Shown here: one piece after another, positions 1 to 9,247 of the stretch | How positions within the stretch are numbered: the first letter of the stretch is position 1 | Layout: every line of letters begins with the position of its first letter | Assembly (NCBI GenBank): GCA_038231275.1 | Contig: JBBRLQ010000003.1 | Coordinates: forward strand, 108,340 to 172,339 | From: Polyangiales bacterium | GTDB taxonomy: Bacteria > Myxococcota_A > Polyangia > Polyangiales > Polyangiaceae | Direction: 5' to 3' | Length of the DNA: 64,000 nt | Notes under the pieces: generated by a model | Seen by the model: the letters and a program-made list of their open reading frames with translations, nothing else | Told to the model about the DNA's origin: nothing | The model's database searches: none | Program-made: the position numbers and the translations under genes

Positions 1-13
1 GCTGCTCGGCTTC

Positions 14-3000
14 GTGATCGCGAACGGCAAGTACGAGATCGAGTCGGCCATCGGCGTCGGAGCCTACGGAAAGGTGTACCGCGGGCGCCACCGCACGCTC
101 GACCGGCCCGTCGCGATCAAGATCCTCCAAGCCCTCATGGAGCGCGATCAGGACTTCGCGTCGCGGTTCCAGCGCGAGGCGCTCGCCGCCAGCAAGCTCG
201 ATCACCCGAACGTCGCGCAGGTGCTCGACTACGGTGAAGAGCCCGACGGGATGCTCTACATCGTGATGGAGCTCCTCGAAGGCAAGACGCTGCGTGACGC
301 GCTCAACCACAGTCGACCGCTGTCCTTGAAGCGCATCGTGGAGCTGATGAACCAGCTCACGGGCGCGCTCGCGGCGGCGCACGACGCGGGCATCATCCAC
401 CGCGACATCAAGCCGGAGAACGTCGTCCTCGTTCGACGGAAGAACGACGACGGCGACATGAAGGAGCTGCTGAAGGTCTGCGACTTCGGCATCGCGGCGG
501 TACAGAAGGTCGACGTGGACGGTGCGCCCGAATACCTGTCGTCGGGCGGCACGAGCGTCACCGGCACGCCGGAGTACATGGCGCCGGAGGTGGCGCGCGG
601 GGAGCGGGTCGACGCCCGCAGCGACATCTACGCGTGCGGTGTCCTCCTCTACGAGCTGGCGACCGGCGTGGTGCCGTTCACGGGCGCGACGCCAGTGGCG
701 ATCCTGGTCGCGCACGTCTCCGACGCGCCGCGTCCTCCCTCCGAAGTGAACCCCAAGATCGACAAGCGGCTCGAGCTCGTCATCTTGCGCGCGCTCTCCA
801 AAAATCCAGGCGCGCGTCAAGACAACGTGCGCGAGCTCCGCGCCGACCTGCGCGCGCTCCTCGGCAAATCCGGCGAGATGCGCGCGGGTCTAAAATCGAC
901 GGTCGCCCCGCCGATTCCGCGCGAAGAGGACGAGGACGCGACGCCCACCCCCGCGCTCGTCCGCCTCCCCGCCGAGCTCGCGGAGCCGACGCTCACGCTG
1001 CCTCCGCAGCGCGCCCCGGCCTTTCCGCAGTCGCCGTCCTCGCCGCGCAAATCTCCGGTCACGCTCCCTCCCCCGACTCTGGACGAGGACGAGACGACGC
1101 CTCCTCAACGAAGCATGGACGAGCCGCCGGCAGCAGTGGTGCTCGATGCGAACGCGTCGCCGGAGACCAAGAGCGCGCCGCCGTCCGCCGACGCGGGGCC
1201 GCCGCCCGAGCCGCTGACCGATCCGACGGTGGGCTTCTCGGAGTTCCTCGGCGCGGTGACCGCCGCCGTCGCGCGCACGACGTACTACGAGCGTGCGCAC
1301 CCGGAGTTTGCGCGCTCGCTGGCGCAGCTCTCTGCCGTGATGGGGCAGCCGCTCGCGCGGCGCAGCGAGATCACGTTCGCGCGTCGCGATCGCGACTCCC
1401 ACGAGCTCGTCGTGATGACCGGGGTGGGCGAGAACATGGATCTCGTCAAAGCGGCGCCGGGCGGCGTCGGATCGGGCTGCGCGCAGCGGCTCGGCGAGGT
1501 GTTCTCTCGCCGCGGCCTCGTCTCCTTGACGTTCAAGGAGGGCGTCGACGAACGGGAGCTGGGAGACGCCATCGAGCTGCTGAGCGGGCCAGAAATTCCG
1601 CCCAACGACCTGCACACCGAATTCGCGTCGCGCGGCCTCACGCGGGTGTCGATCCTCTTCGTGTCCGACATGCTGGGGCGAGAGCGGCGGCTGCCGTGGC
1701 AGGTCATGCTCTGCGTGTCGCGCATCGCGCGGGATCTGGAGGCCGTCCCCAAGATGGTGCGCGGCGCCGATCCCGAGCGACGACGAAAGCTGCGGACCGC
1801 GTTGACGTCGGACGTCATGCGCACCCTGAAGACGCCGGAGCAGGTGAAGCTCCTCCTCATGAACTGGGATCTCTTCTCCGAGCGCGTGGGCGCTGGCGCG
1901 GAGCTGCCGGCGATCGAGATCCCGGTACTCCTCGTCGGCTCGCTCGCGCACCCGATGCTGCTGCGCACCGCGGGCCTCCTCCTCGCGGAGATGGAGCGGC
2001 AGGCCACGGGCGCCTCTCCCGCCGCGTTGGTCGCCCCGTCGGCGGGAACGAGCGTCCGGCAGCTGATGCAAATCGTCGGCGCGCGCTTCGTACGCGAGCG
2101 TACGATCGAGTCGGACGAGGTGCTCCGCGAGCTGCATTCGCGCGCCGTGCTGTCGTTCCCCGAGCTCCCGGAGGACGTCCAGCTGTGGGTGCTCGCCGAG
2201 CAGCAGGCCGAGCAGCTCGCTATCGATCCGGAGCCGATCCTGCGCGAGCTGGACTCGGTGTACGACGTCGCCCGGTACGCGCGTGACGCGGCGACCCTCG
2301 CGCGGGCGATGCGGGTGCTCGCGCGTCGCGCGGCGGTCGGGCCGCTGTTCGCGATCGTGGTGCGGCTCCAGCAACGACACGCGCGCGGCGCGCCGCCGGG
2401 AGACGACACGCGAGAGGGGCTCGCGGCGCGCGCGCTCGACTCGATCGCCGACGCCGATGTCCTCGATCCGGTCGCGGTCCTCCTCTTGTCGGGGGCCGGC
2501 GCGACGCGCGATCCTGCGCAGGGCATCCTGGTCGGCTGTGGTCGAGCGGGGGCGCGCGCGCTCTGCAACGTGCGCGCGCGCGGTGGCGAGCTCGTGCGCA
2601 TGCGGTTCGTCGAGGCGATGAAAGAGATCGGGCCGCCTGCCGTGGTGCCGCTCGGATCGCTCGTCGAGCGCCTGGTGGGCACGCCGCCCGGCGAGGACGA
2701 CGCCGCGCTCGCCGAAGACGTGCTGCGCTCCCTCCCCGAGCTGTCCGACGAGCGACTCGGGATGCTGGTCGCGCAGCTCCTCCGCCACAAATCGCCGAGC
2801 GTCCGCCGCGCCGCCGCGACGGCGCTCGCGTCGCCGTGGGGCACCAAAGCCCGCTCGGTGCTGTTCGGCGTGCTCGACGACGGCGACGAGTCGGTGCGCG
2901 TCGCGGCGCTCACGGGGCTCCGCAAGGTAGGGGCGATCGACATCGACGTAGTGCGCCGCGCCGAAAAATTTCTGGATGGCACAGCGCCGGGCGGGGACAA

Positions 3001-3286
3001 CACTTGCGCCGTGGCCGCCGCGCTCCTCGCAGACGCGATCCCGGAAGCGCGGGCCGAGGCGATCGCGGTCCTCACCACCGCACTCGCGCCGCGCGCCCGC
3101 GGGGTGGTGGCGCGTCTCACGGGGGCCGCGCCTCTTCCGCGCGAAGCCCCGATGGTGGTCGAGACGCTGGCGCGCTCTCTCCTCGCGATTGGCGGGACGA
3201 AAGGGCGCGACGCCGTGAAAAAGCGGGCCTCCAAGAGCCCCGTCGACGTCCAACGCCGCCTGAACGCGCTCCTGCAGGGGACCTAA
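14..3286 (+). CDS. Ser/Thr protein kinase with C-terminal HEAT/ARM-like helical repeats (start may lie upstream of window)
   Basis: N-terminal Hanks kinase motifs are present (G-loop GVGAYGKVY, VAIK, HRDIKPENV, DFG, APE). The C-terminal region has repeated xxSVRRAAAxALxx helical repeats. The frame is open from position 2, so the first in-window GTG at 14 may not be the true start. Confidence 0.85.
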   Translation: MIANGKYEIESAIGVGAYGKVYRGRHRTLDRPVAIKILQALMERDQDFASRFQREALAASKLDHPNVAQVLDYGEEPDGMLYIVMELLEGKTLRDALNHSRPLSLKRIVELMNQLTGALAAAHDAGIIHRDIKPENVVLVRRKNDDGDMKELLKVCDFGIAAVQKVDVDGAPEYLSSGGTSVTGTPEYMAPEVARGERVDARSDIYACGVLLYELATGVVPFTGATPVAILVAHVSDAPRPPSEVNPKIDKRLELVILRALSKNPGARQDNVRELRADLRALLGKSGEMRAGLKSTVAPPIPREEDEDATPTPALVRLPAELAEPTLTLPPQRAPAFPQSPSSPRKSPVTLPPPTLDEDETTPPQRSMDEPPAAVVLDANASPETKSAPPSADAGPPPEPLTDPTVGFSEFLGAVTAAVARTTYYERAHPEFARSLAQLSAVMGQPLARRSEITFARRDRDSHELVVMTGVGENMDLVKAAPGGVGSGCAQRLGEVFSRRGLVSLTFKEGVDERELGDAIELLSGPEIPPNDLHTEFASRGLTRVSILFVSDMLGRERRLPWQVMLCVSRIARDLEAVPKMVRGADPERRRKLRTALTSDVMRTLKTPEQVKLLLMNWDLFSERVGAGAELPAIEIPVLLVGSLAHPMLLRTAGLLLAEMERQATGASPAALVAPSAGTSVRQLMQIVGARFVRERTIESDEVLRELHSRAVLSFPELPEDVQLWVLAEQQAEQLAIDPEPILRELDSVYDVARYARDAATLARAMRVLARRAAVGPLFAIVVRLQQRHARGAPPGDDTREGLAARALDSIADADVLDPVAVLLLSGAGATRDPAQGILVGCGRAGARALCNVRARGGELVRMRFVEAMKEIGPPAVVPLGSLVERLVGTPPGEDDAALAEDVLRSLPELSDERLGMLVAQLLRHKSPSVRRAAATALASPWGTKARSVLFGVLDDGDESVRVAALTGLRKVGAIDIDVVRRAEKFLDGTAPGGDNTCAVAAALLADAIPEARAEAIAVLTTALAPRARGVVARLTGAAPLPREAPMVVETLARSLLAIGGTKGRDAVKKRASKSPVDVQRRLNALLQGT

Positions 3287-3354
3287 AGGTGGACCTGAAG
3301 GCAACGTGAAGGCATCCGCGCGGCGACTCGCCGGTAGTGTAGGATTCGCGTCGA

Positions 3355-4968
3355 ATGGCCAAGGGGGCGACGACGATCGGGATCGACCTGGGGACGACGA
3401 ACTCCGCCGTCGCCGCCATCGTGTCGGGCATGCCGACCGTGCTCCTCGACGCGCAGAAGCGCAGCACGATGCCGAGCGTGGTGTCGTTCCCCGAGTCCGG
3501 CGTCACGCTCGTCGGTCACGAGGCGCGCGCCAAGCTCGTCGATGCGCCTCACGACACGGTCTATTCGGTCAAGCGCCTCATCGGCCGCTCCTTCACCGAG
3601 CCCGCGGTCCGTGCCGCGCGCGCGTCGCTCCCCTACGAGATCGTGCAGGACGAGAACGGCCAGGTCGCGGTCCACACGCGCAGCGGCCACGTTTACTCGG
3701 TCGTCGAAGTGAGCGCGATGATCCTCCACGCGATCGCGTCGCGCGCGCGCCGGCAGTTCGGCCCCGCGCCGCTCCAGGCGGTGATCACCGTGCCGGCGAA
3801 CTTCAACGACGCGCAGCGCGAATACACACGCGTCGCCGGGAAGGTCGCCGGCCTCGACGTTTTACGCATCGTGAACGAGCCGACCGCCGCCGCGCTTGCC
3901 TTCGGCTTCGACGGCAAGAAGGACGGCATCGTCGCGGTCTACGACTTCGGCGGCGGTACATTCGACATCTCGCTCGTGGAGATCAAAGGTGGCGTCTACC
4001 GCGTCCTCTCCACCGCGGGCGACGCGTTCTTGGGCGGCGACGACGTCGACGTGGCGCTCGCCGGACAGATCGCCGATCGCTTCCGCCGCGAGCAGCGCAT
4101 CGATCTGCGCCGCTCGCAGGCCGAGTGGCAGCGCCTCCTCTTCGCGACCGAGCGCGCCAAGTGCGAGCTCGCCGACGTCGAGCACACGATGGTGACGATC
4201 GAGGAGGCCGGCTTCGGGGAGTCGGGCGCCGTCGATCTGCGGATGAAGGTGACGCGCAACGATCTCGCGGGCGTCGCCTACGCGTTCGTCGAGCGTTCCA
4301 TCGAGCTCACCCACAAATGCCTGCAAGCCGCGGGGGTCAAGCTCGCCGACGTGAACGACGTCGTCCTGTGCGGCGGCACTACGCGGGTCCCTCTCGTCGC
4401 CTCCGCCGTCGCCGAGTTCTTCGGTCGCGCGCCTCGGCGCGACGTCGATCCGATGCACGCCGTCGCCCTCGGCGCGTCGCTGCACGCGGCCCTCCTCACC
4501 GGCCAGTGGGTCAACAGGCCCAAGACCGCGCCGGCCACGTCGCTCCTCGTCGACGTCCTCCCGCACTCGATCGGAATCGCGGTCGCCGGCGGCGGCGTCG
4601 AGTGGCTCCTCAAGAGCAACTCGGTCGTTCCAACGGAAGAGAAGCGTCGCTTCACGACGTGGCGCGACGGCCAGGACGACATGCGCTTCGTCCTTTTGCA
4701 GGGCGACTCGCCGCACGCCGCGGAGAACACGCGGCTCGGCGAGTTCGTGGTCCCCGATCTGCGCAGCGCGAAGGCCGGTCAGATCGAGATCGAGGTCAGC
4801 TTCGAGGTCGACGTCAACGGCATCCTCTGCGTCACCGCGCTCGATCTCGACTCGAAGCGCGAGACGTCGCGTCGCCTGAAGATCTCGGGGCCGTCGGCGG
4901 GAGACGTCGCGAAGAGCGAGAAGCGCCTCGCCGCGACGCCGCGTGACGACGGCGAGGGCGAGCCGTGA
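3355..4968 (+). CDS. Hsp70-family chaperone, short HscC-like form (537 aa)
   Basis: DnaK ATPase signatures are present ([36 protein letters not shown]). It lacks the long C-terminal lid and EEVD tail. Its stop overlaps the next start (ATGA at 4965-4968). Confidence 0.85.
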   Translation: MAKGATTIGIDLGTTNSAVAAIVSGMPTVLLDAQKRSTMPSVVSFPESGVTLVGHEARAKLVDAPHDTVYSVKRLIGRSFTEPAVRAARASLPYEIVQDENGQVAVHTRSGHVYSVVEVSAMILHAIASRARRQFGPAPLQAVITVPANFNDAQREYTRVAGKVAGLDVLRIVNEPTAAALAFGFDGKKDGIVAVYDFGGGTFDISLVEIKGGVYRVLSTAGDAFLGGDDVDVALAGQIADRFRREQRIDLRRSQAEWQRLLFATERAKCELADVEHTMVTIEEAGFGESGAVDLRMKVTRNDLAGVAYAFVERSIELTHKCLQAAGVKLADVNDVVLCGGTTRVPLVASAVAEFFGRAPRRDVDPMHAVALGASLHAALLTGQWVNRPKTAPATSLLVDVLPHSIGIAVAGGGVEWLLKSNSVVPTEEKRRFTTWRDGQDDMRFVLLQGDSPHAAENTRLGEFVVPDLRSAKAGQIEIEVSFEVDVNGILCVTALDLDSKRETSRRLKISGPSAGDVAKSEKRLAATPRDDGEGEP

Positions 4969-5693
4969 CGCCGCCGCTCGTCGTGTGCGTCGTCTCCGCG
5001 AGCAGCGTCACGCGCGCGCTGTTCGCGTCGCTGCTCGGGTCGAAGGGGACCGACGTTCACCCGTTCGACGCGATTCCCCACGCCCTCGCCGGCATGGTCG
5101 GCGTGGTCCCCGACGTCGTCGTGCTCGAAGCGCTGCTCGCCCGCGCGAACCCCGAGACGATCCAACGCCTCCGCGAGGCGTGGACCGCGCCCGTCGGCAT
5201 CATCCTCGCGGATCGCGCGTACGCGGACGAGCGGCGCGGCGCCGAAGAGTCGCGCTCGCTCGGCGCCAACGCGTTCGTCGCCATACCCCCCGATGCCGGC
5301 GCGCTCGCGGAGGCGGTCCGCGTCGCACAAGGAGACTCGACGCGCTCCGCGATCAGCGGATCGCCGCCATCCCTGACGCCGGACGTCGAGTCGTCGCCAC
5401 CGGTCGACGCCGAGCAGATGGCCCGTTACGTCGAGCGCCTCTGGTCGCGCCTCTACACCCTCGACGCCTACCAGACCCTCCGCGTCTCCGCCGAGGCCAC
5501 GAGCGACGAGATCCGGAACGCCTTCCGCGAACGGGCCCTCGAGTTCCACCCCGACCGGTTCCATCCGAACCTCGACGCCGCCGCCCGCGAGCGCATCTAC
5601 CAAATCTTCAAGCGCGTCTCGTGGGCCTTCCGCAAGGTGGGCGACCCGAAGGCCCGCCGCGAATACGAGAGCGGGCGCAGGAAGCCCGGCTGA
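4965..5693 (+). CDS. J-domain (DnaJ-like) co-chaperone with N-terminal CheY/receiver-like domain
   Basis: The C-terminal J domain has an HPD motif ([11 protein letters not shown]...[11 protein letters not shown]). The N-terminal 120 aa resemble a degenerate response-regulator receiver fold. The gene is translationally coupled to the upstream Hsp70. Confidence 0.75.
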   Translation: MTPPLVVCVVSASSVTRALFASLLGSKGTDVHPFDAIPHALAGMVGVVPDVVVLEALLARANPETIQRLREAWTAPVGIILADRAYADERRGAEESRSLGANAFVAIPPDAGALAEAVRVAQGDSTRSAISGSPPSLTPDVESSPPVDAEQMARYVERLWSRLYTLDAYQTLRVSAEATSDEIRNAFRERALEFHPDRFHPNLDAAARERIYQIFKRVSWAFRKVGDPKARREYESGRRKPG

Positions 5694-5776
5694 GCCGGAA
5701 AAAATAGCCCATCCGCCGCGTCCGCTTGTACGGGCCACGGTTCGCCGCTAAACCCCGTGCACTCGGAGGAGTCCAC

Positions 5777-7162
5777 ATGAGCGTGCGCGTCGAATCGGAC
5801 AGCATGGGCAACGTCGAGGTCCCGTCGGACCGCTACTGGGGCGCGCAGACGCAGCGGAGCCTGCAGAACTTCAAGATCGGCGGCCACCGCTTCCCGCCCG
5901 CGATGATCCGCGCGTTCGGCGTCGTCAAGAAGGGCGCGGCCCTTGCCAACCACGCGCTCGGCAAGCTCGACGACGCGAAGACGAAGCTCATCACCCAAGC
6001 GTGCGACGAGGTCATCGAGGGCAAGTGGAACGACCACTTCCCGCTCGTCGTGTGGCAGACCGGCTCCGGCACCCAGAGCAACATGAACGCGAACGAGGTT
6101 ATCGCGAACCGCGCGAACGAGATCGCCGGCGTCGGCCTCGGCAAAAAGTCCCCCATTCACGCCAACGACGACGTCAACAGGTCCCAGTCGTCGAACGACG
6201 TGTTCCCCACGGTCATGCACGTCGCCGCGGCGACGGAGATCGAGAAGACGCTCCTCCCGGCCGTCACCAAGCTGCGCCTCGCGCTCGCGAAGAAGAGCGA
6301 CGAGTTCCGCGACATCGTCAAGATCGGCCGCACGCACTTGATGGACGCGACGCCGCTCACGCTGGGCCAGGAGTTCAGCGGCTACGTCGCGCAGCTCGAG
6401 TTCTGCGAGGAGAAGGTCCGCGAGTCGCTCCCCGGGATTTACGCGCTCGCGCTGGGCGGCAGCGCGGTAGGCACCGGCCTCAACACGCACCCCAAATACG
6501 CCGAGACGGTCGCGTCGCAGATCGCGAAGCTCACCGGCGCGCCCTTCACGAGCGCGCCGAACAAATACGCGTGGCTCGCCGGTCACGACGCGATGGTGCA
6601 GGCGAGCGCGTCGATGCGCACGCTCGCGATGGCGCTCTTCAAGGTCGCGCAGGACATTCGGCTGATGGGCAGCGGCCCGCGCTGCGGCATCGGCGAGCTG
6701 CACCTCCCCGAGAACGAGCCGGGCAGCTCGATCATGCCGGGCAAGGTGAACCCGACACAGGCCGAGGCGATGACGATGGTCTGCGCGCAGGTCTTCGGCA
6801 ACGACGCCGCCGTGGCGTTCAGCGGCAGCCAGGGTCACTTCGAGCTCAACGTCTTCAAGCCGGTCATCATCCACAACGTCCTCGAGAGCGCGAAGCTGCT
6901 CGCCGACGCGTGCGTCTCCTTCACCGACAACTGCGTCGTCGGCATCGAGGCGAACACCGACGTCATCGCAAAGCACCTCACCAACTCGCTCATGCTCGTG
7001 ACCGCCCTCAATCAGGTCATCGGCTACGACAACGCGGCGAAGGTCGCCAAGACCGCCTACAAAGAGAACATCACGCTCAAGGAGGCGGTCGTGAAGCTGC
7101 AGCTCCTCTCGGCGGAGGACTTCGACAAGCACGTGCGCCCCGAGAAGATGGTCTCGCCGTAA
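5777..7162 (+). CDS. fumC: Class II fumarate hydratase
   Basis: Full-length match to the fumarase C family (SDSMGxVEVP, [13 protein letters not shown] signature). GGAGGAG ribosome-binding site 6-12 nt upstream of the ATG at 5777. The ORF-track start at 5726 is rejected. Confidence 0.95.
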   Translation: MSVRVESDSMGNVEVPSDRYWGAQTQRSLQNFKIGGHRFPPAMIRAFGVVKKGAALANHALGKLDDAKTKLITQACDEVIEGKWNDHFPLVVWQTGSGTQSNMNANEVIANRANEIAGVGLGKKSPIHANDDVNRSQSSNDVFPTVMHVAAATEIEKTLLPAVTKLRLALAKKSDEFRDIVKIGRTHLMDATPLTLGQEFSGYVAQLEFCEEKVRESLPGIYALALGGSAVGTGLNTHPKYAETVASQIAKLTGAPFTSAPNKYAWLAGHDAMVQASASMRTLAMALFKVAQDIRLMGSGPRCGIGELHLPENEPGSSIMPGKVNPTQAEAMTMVCAQVFGNDAAVAFSGSQGHFELNVFKPVIIHNVLESAKLLADACVSFTDNCVVGIEANTDVIAKHLTNSLMLVTALNQVIGYDNAAKVAKTAYKENITLKEAVVKLQLLSAEDFDKHVRPEKMVSP

Positions 7163-7208
7163 CGCGCCCGGGAATGGCGGGCGGGGGCCGCGGTGTTACG
7201 ATCCACGA

Positions 7209-7430
7209 ATGGATCTCGACGCCAACTCGCTCCTCGCCTCGCTCCTGGTGAGCTCGATCGGCTTCGTGGCGTTCGCCTACGGAAAAAAGCAGGCGCGCGT
7301 GCCGCACATGATCGCGGGCGTCCTCCTCATGGGGTACCCGTATTTCGTCACGAACGTGGCGCTGATGCTCGGCATCGCGGTCGTTCTCCTCGCGGCCCTT
7401 TGGGGCGCGGTCCGTTTCGCAGGCGCGTGA
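7209..7430 (+). CDS. Small hydrophobic membrane protein (73 aa), hypothetical
   Basis: Two predicted TM helices; sits in an intergenic gap right after fumC; no homology recognised. Confidence 0.4.
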   Translation: MDLDANSLLASLLVSSIGFVAFAYGKKQARVPHMIAGVLLMGYPYFVTNVALMLGIAVVLLAALWGAVRFAGA

Positions 7431-7658
7431 AGCGAAGCTCCTGAAGGGCTGAAGCAAGCAAGCGTGGAAGAAAGACGCGACGCTCGACGCAGCGAGGGAG
7501 GGGAGGAGGATTTGTCGGTTTGGGCGCTGGACACCATGCCCCTCGCCCAAAAACCCTCCTCCACTCCCGCACGACGTCGAGCACTTCGTGGTCCGTGCTC
7601 TTACTGACGCCGGCCGCATCTGTCTGTCGCAGAGAATCGACGGAACATTCACCGATAG

Positions 7659-7698
7659 TTTTTTTTTCGCGCCAACTGGGTGGAAAAGCACCCAGTTG
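7659..7698. promoter_or_regulatory. T9 run followed by perfect 10-bp inverted repeat (caactgggtg-N7-cacccagttg)
   Basis: Seen directly in sequence between the small ORF and marR. The U-tract precedes the hairpin on the plus strand and an A-tract follows it on the minus strand, so it is not a canonical intrinsic terminator. Confidence 0.3.
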
Positions 7699-7710
7699 TG
7701 CACGGTTCGA

Positions 7711-8169
7711 TCACAGTTGGGCGAGCTTCGCGAAGGCCTGGCGGTCCCGTTCGCCGAGGGCGCCGAGGATCCGCTCCGCGAAGCCCTGCATCGTCGCCGT
7801 CGCGTCGCGCACGAGGGCCTTGCCGCTGCGCGTGAGCACTGCGTAGGTCGCGCGCGCGTCGGACCCGTCGGCCTGACGCTCGACGATGCCGCGGCGCTCG
7901 AGCGGCGCGAGCATGCGCGTCACGCCCGACGGCGTCAGCGCGAGGAGGTGCGCGAGGTCGACGCGACGGAGCCGGCCGCCGGGCGCCTCGGCGAGGTGAT
8001 GGAGCGCCGCGAAGTCGGACAGGCCGATGCCGTGGATGCTGCCCAGCTCCGCGTCGGCGCGTCCCTCCCAAAGGGCGAGGGTGCGGCGGATTCCCAGAAA
8101 CTCGTGGAGGGTCGTCATGGCTGACAGTGTGCGGCGCGATAGTTGCTCAGTCAAGTGTTGGTCACGCAT
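7711..8169 (-). CDS. MarR-family transcriptional regulator
   Basis: Winged-helix MarR signature (LSDFAALHHLAEAPGGRLRRVDLAHLLALTPSGVTRMLAPLERRGIVER). The true start is probably the internal Met (MTTLHEF), about 17 codons downstream of the ORF start. Confidence 0.8.
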   Translation of the reverse strand: MRDQHLTEQLSRRTLSAMTTLHEFLGIRRTLALWEGRADAELGSIHGIGLSDFAALHHLAEAPGGRLRRVDLAHLLALTPSGVTRMLAPLERRGIVERQADGSDARATYAVLTRSGKALVRDATATMQGFAERILGALGERDRQAFAKLAQL

Positions 8170-9198
8170 TGCTCACGCATCTGGCAGCCGCCCGCGCCGC
8201 TTGGTAGAGTCCCCGCCGTGCAGCTCCTCGGGCACGCTCGCTACGCCGCGAAGATCGCGCAAGGTGCCCACCTCGCGCCGCCGTACGATCGCGGCCGTCT
8301 GAGGCGGCTGCTCTGGGGCTTTGCGCTCCCGTTCGGGATCGTCCGCGCGACGTTCCGGGATCGGGCGGCCCGCGCGCGCTGGCTTCGGTGGAGCGCCGTT
8401 CAGCTCGTGATCCTCCTCGGCGTCGGCATACGCATCGGCCTCGCGCGCAGCGATCTCGGCGAGCGCGGGAGGCACATGTCCGTCACCGACGTCGTTGCGT
8501 TCGCGACCGCCTGCTACGCCGCGATCACCGTGTTGGAGTGGATCCTCATCGCGCTGTCGCGGGACTTCCACGATGCGCTGAGCCAGATGGCGGCGAACGT
8601 GACCGGGGTCGTCGCCGAGCCGCTCGCCGGGCCGCCGCGGATCCGCCTCGATTTTCGCTGGCTCTGGACCAAGGGAAAGCGCCGGCTGCGTGGCGCGCTG
8701 ATGCTCGCCACCGCGCTGCCCGTGCTCGCCGTCGCGTCGGCGATCCCGCTGGCGGGCGAAGCGATCTACCTCACGCTCATGACCGCGTGGACCGCGTACT
8801 GGCTCGCCGTCTTCGCGATGGGAGGGAGCTTCATCGCGTGGGAAGAGCACGCCGACGACGACCCTTGGTTCGTACGTGTGTTCGCGACGGCGGGGCAGGT
8901 TCCGGTCGTCGGGATTCCGCCGCGTCTCTACGCGCGCTTCCTCTCGTGGGCCACGCGGTCGGTCGCTCCGGTGTGCGGCGCGTTCGAGCGCGACCCGTGG
9001 ACCGCGTGGGGCCTCGCCCTCGCGCGAACGCTGGCGGGCGTGCCGGGTCTCTACCTCTTCATGCGGCCGGCGTTCTCGGTCGCCGCGACGCACGCCATCC
9101 TCGTTCAGCGCGCCTCGCTTCTGCCCCCATCGTCCTCGCCTCCGCCTCTCTCGCCGGCGCCGTTGCCGCTCCCCGTCGCACCTTATCCTCCTCGCTGA
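8143..9198 (+). CDS. Hypothetical polytopic membrane protein
   Basis: Several hydrophobic TM-like segments; Pro/Ser-rich C-terminus; start uncertain. The antisense ORF 8173-9618 is Arg-rich junk. Confidence 0.4.
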   Translation: MLSQVLVTHCSRIWQPPAPLGRVPAVQLLGHARYAAKIAQGAHLAPPYDRGRLRRLLWGFALPFGIVRATFRDRAARARWLRWSAVQLVILLGVGIRIGLARSDLGERGRHMSVTDVVAFATACYAAITVLEWILIALSRDFHDALSQMAANVTGVVAEPLAGPPRIRLDFRWLWTKGKRRLRGALMLATALPVLAVASAIPLAGEAIYLTLMTAWTAYWLAVFAMGGSFIAWEEHADDDPWFVRVFATAGQVPVVGIPPRLYARFLSWATRSVAPVCGAFERDPWTAWGLALARTLAGVPGLYLFMRPAFSVAATHAILVQRASLLPPSSSPPPLSPAPLPLPVAPYPPR

Positions 9199-9247
9199 GA
9201 CTCGTTCGATGCTGGCCTGTGGCCTGGAGCGTGCCAGACTGCCGCGC

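Noticed and set aside
890-3304. 804-aa minus-strand ORF, and the overlapping 634-2286 (+) and 1285-3234 (-) ORFs, inside the first kinase gene
   Set aside because: Arg/Ala/Gly-rich low-complexity translations antisense or out of frame to a gene with clear kinase and HEAT motifs. These are typical GC-rich shadow ORFs.
3306-4946. 546-aa plus-strand ORF overlapping the Hsp70 gene in another frame
   Set aside because: The translation is Arg-rich nonsense, whereas the 3355-4968 frame carries unmistakable Hsp70 motifs.
5726-5776. ORF-track start of fumC at 5726
   Set aside because: The ATG at 5777 gives the canonical fumarase N-terminus ([11 protein letters not shown]) and has a GGAGGAG ribosome-binding site. 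The upstream extension is non-homologous.
7659-7698. Rho-independent terminator for marR or the small ORF
   Set aside because: The U-tract is on the wrong side of the hairpin for both strands.
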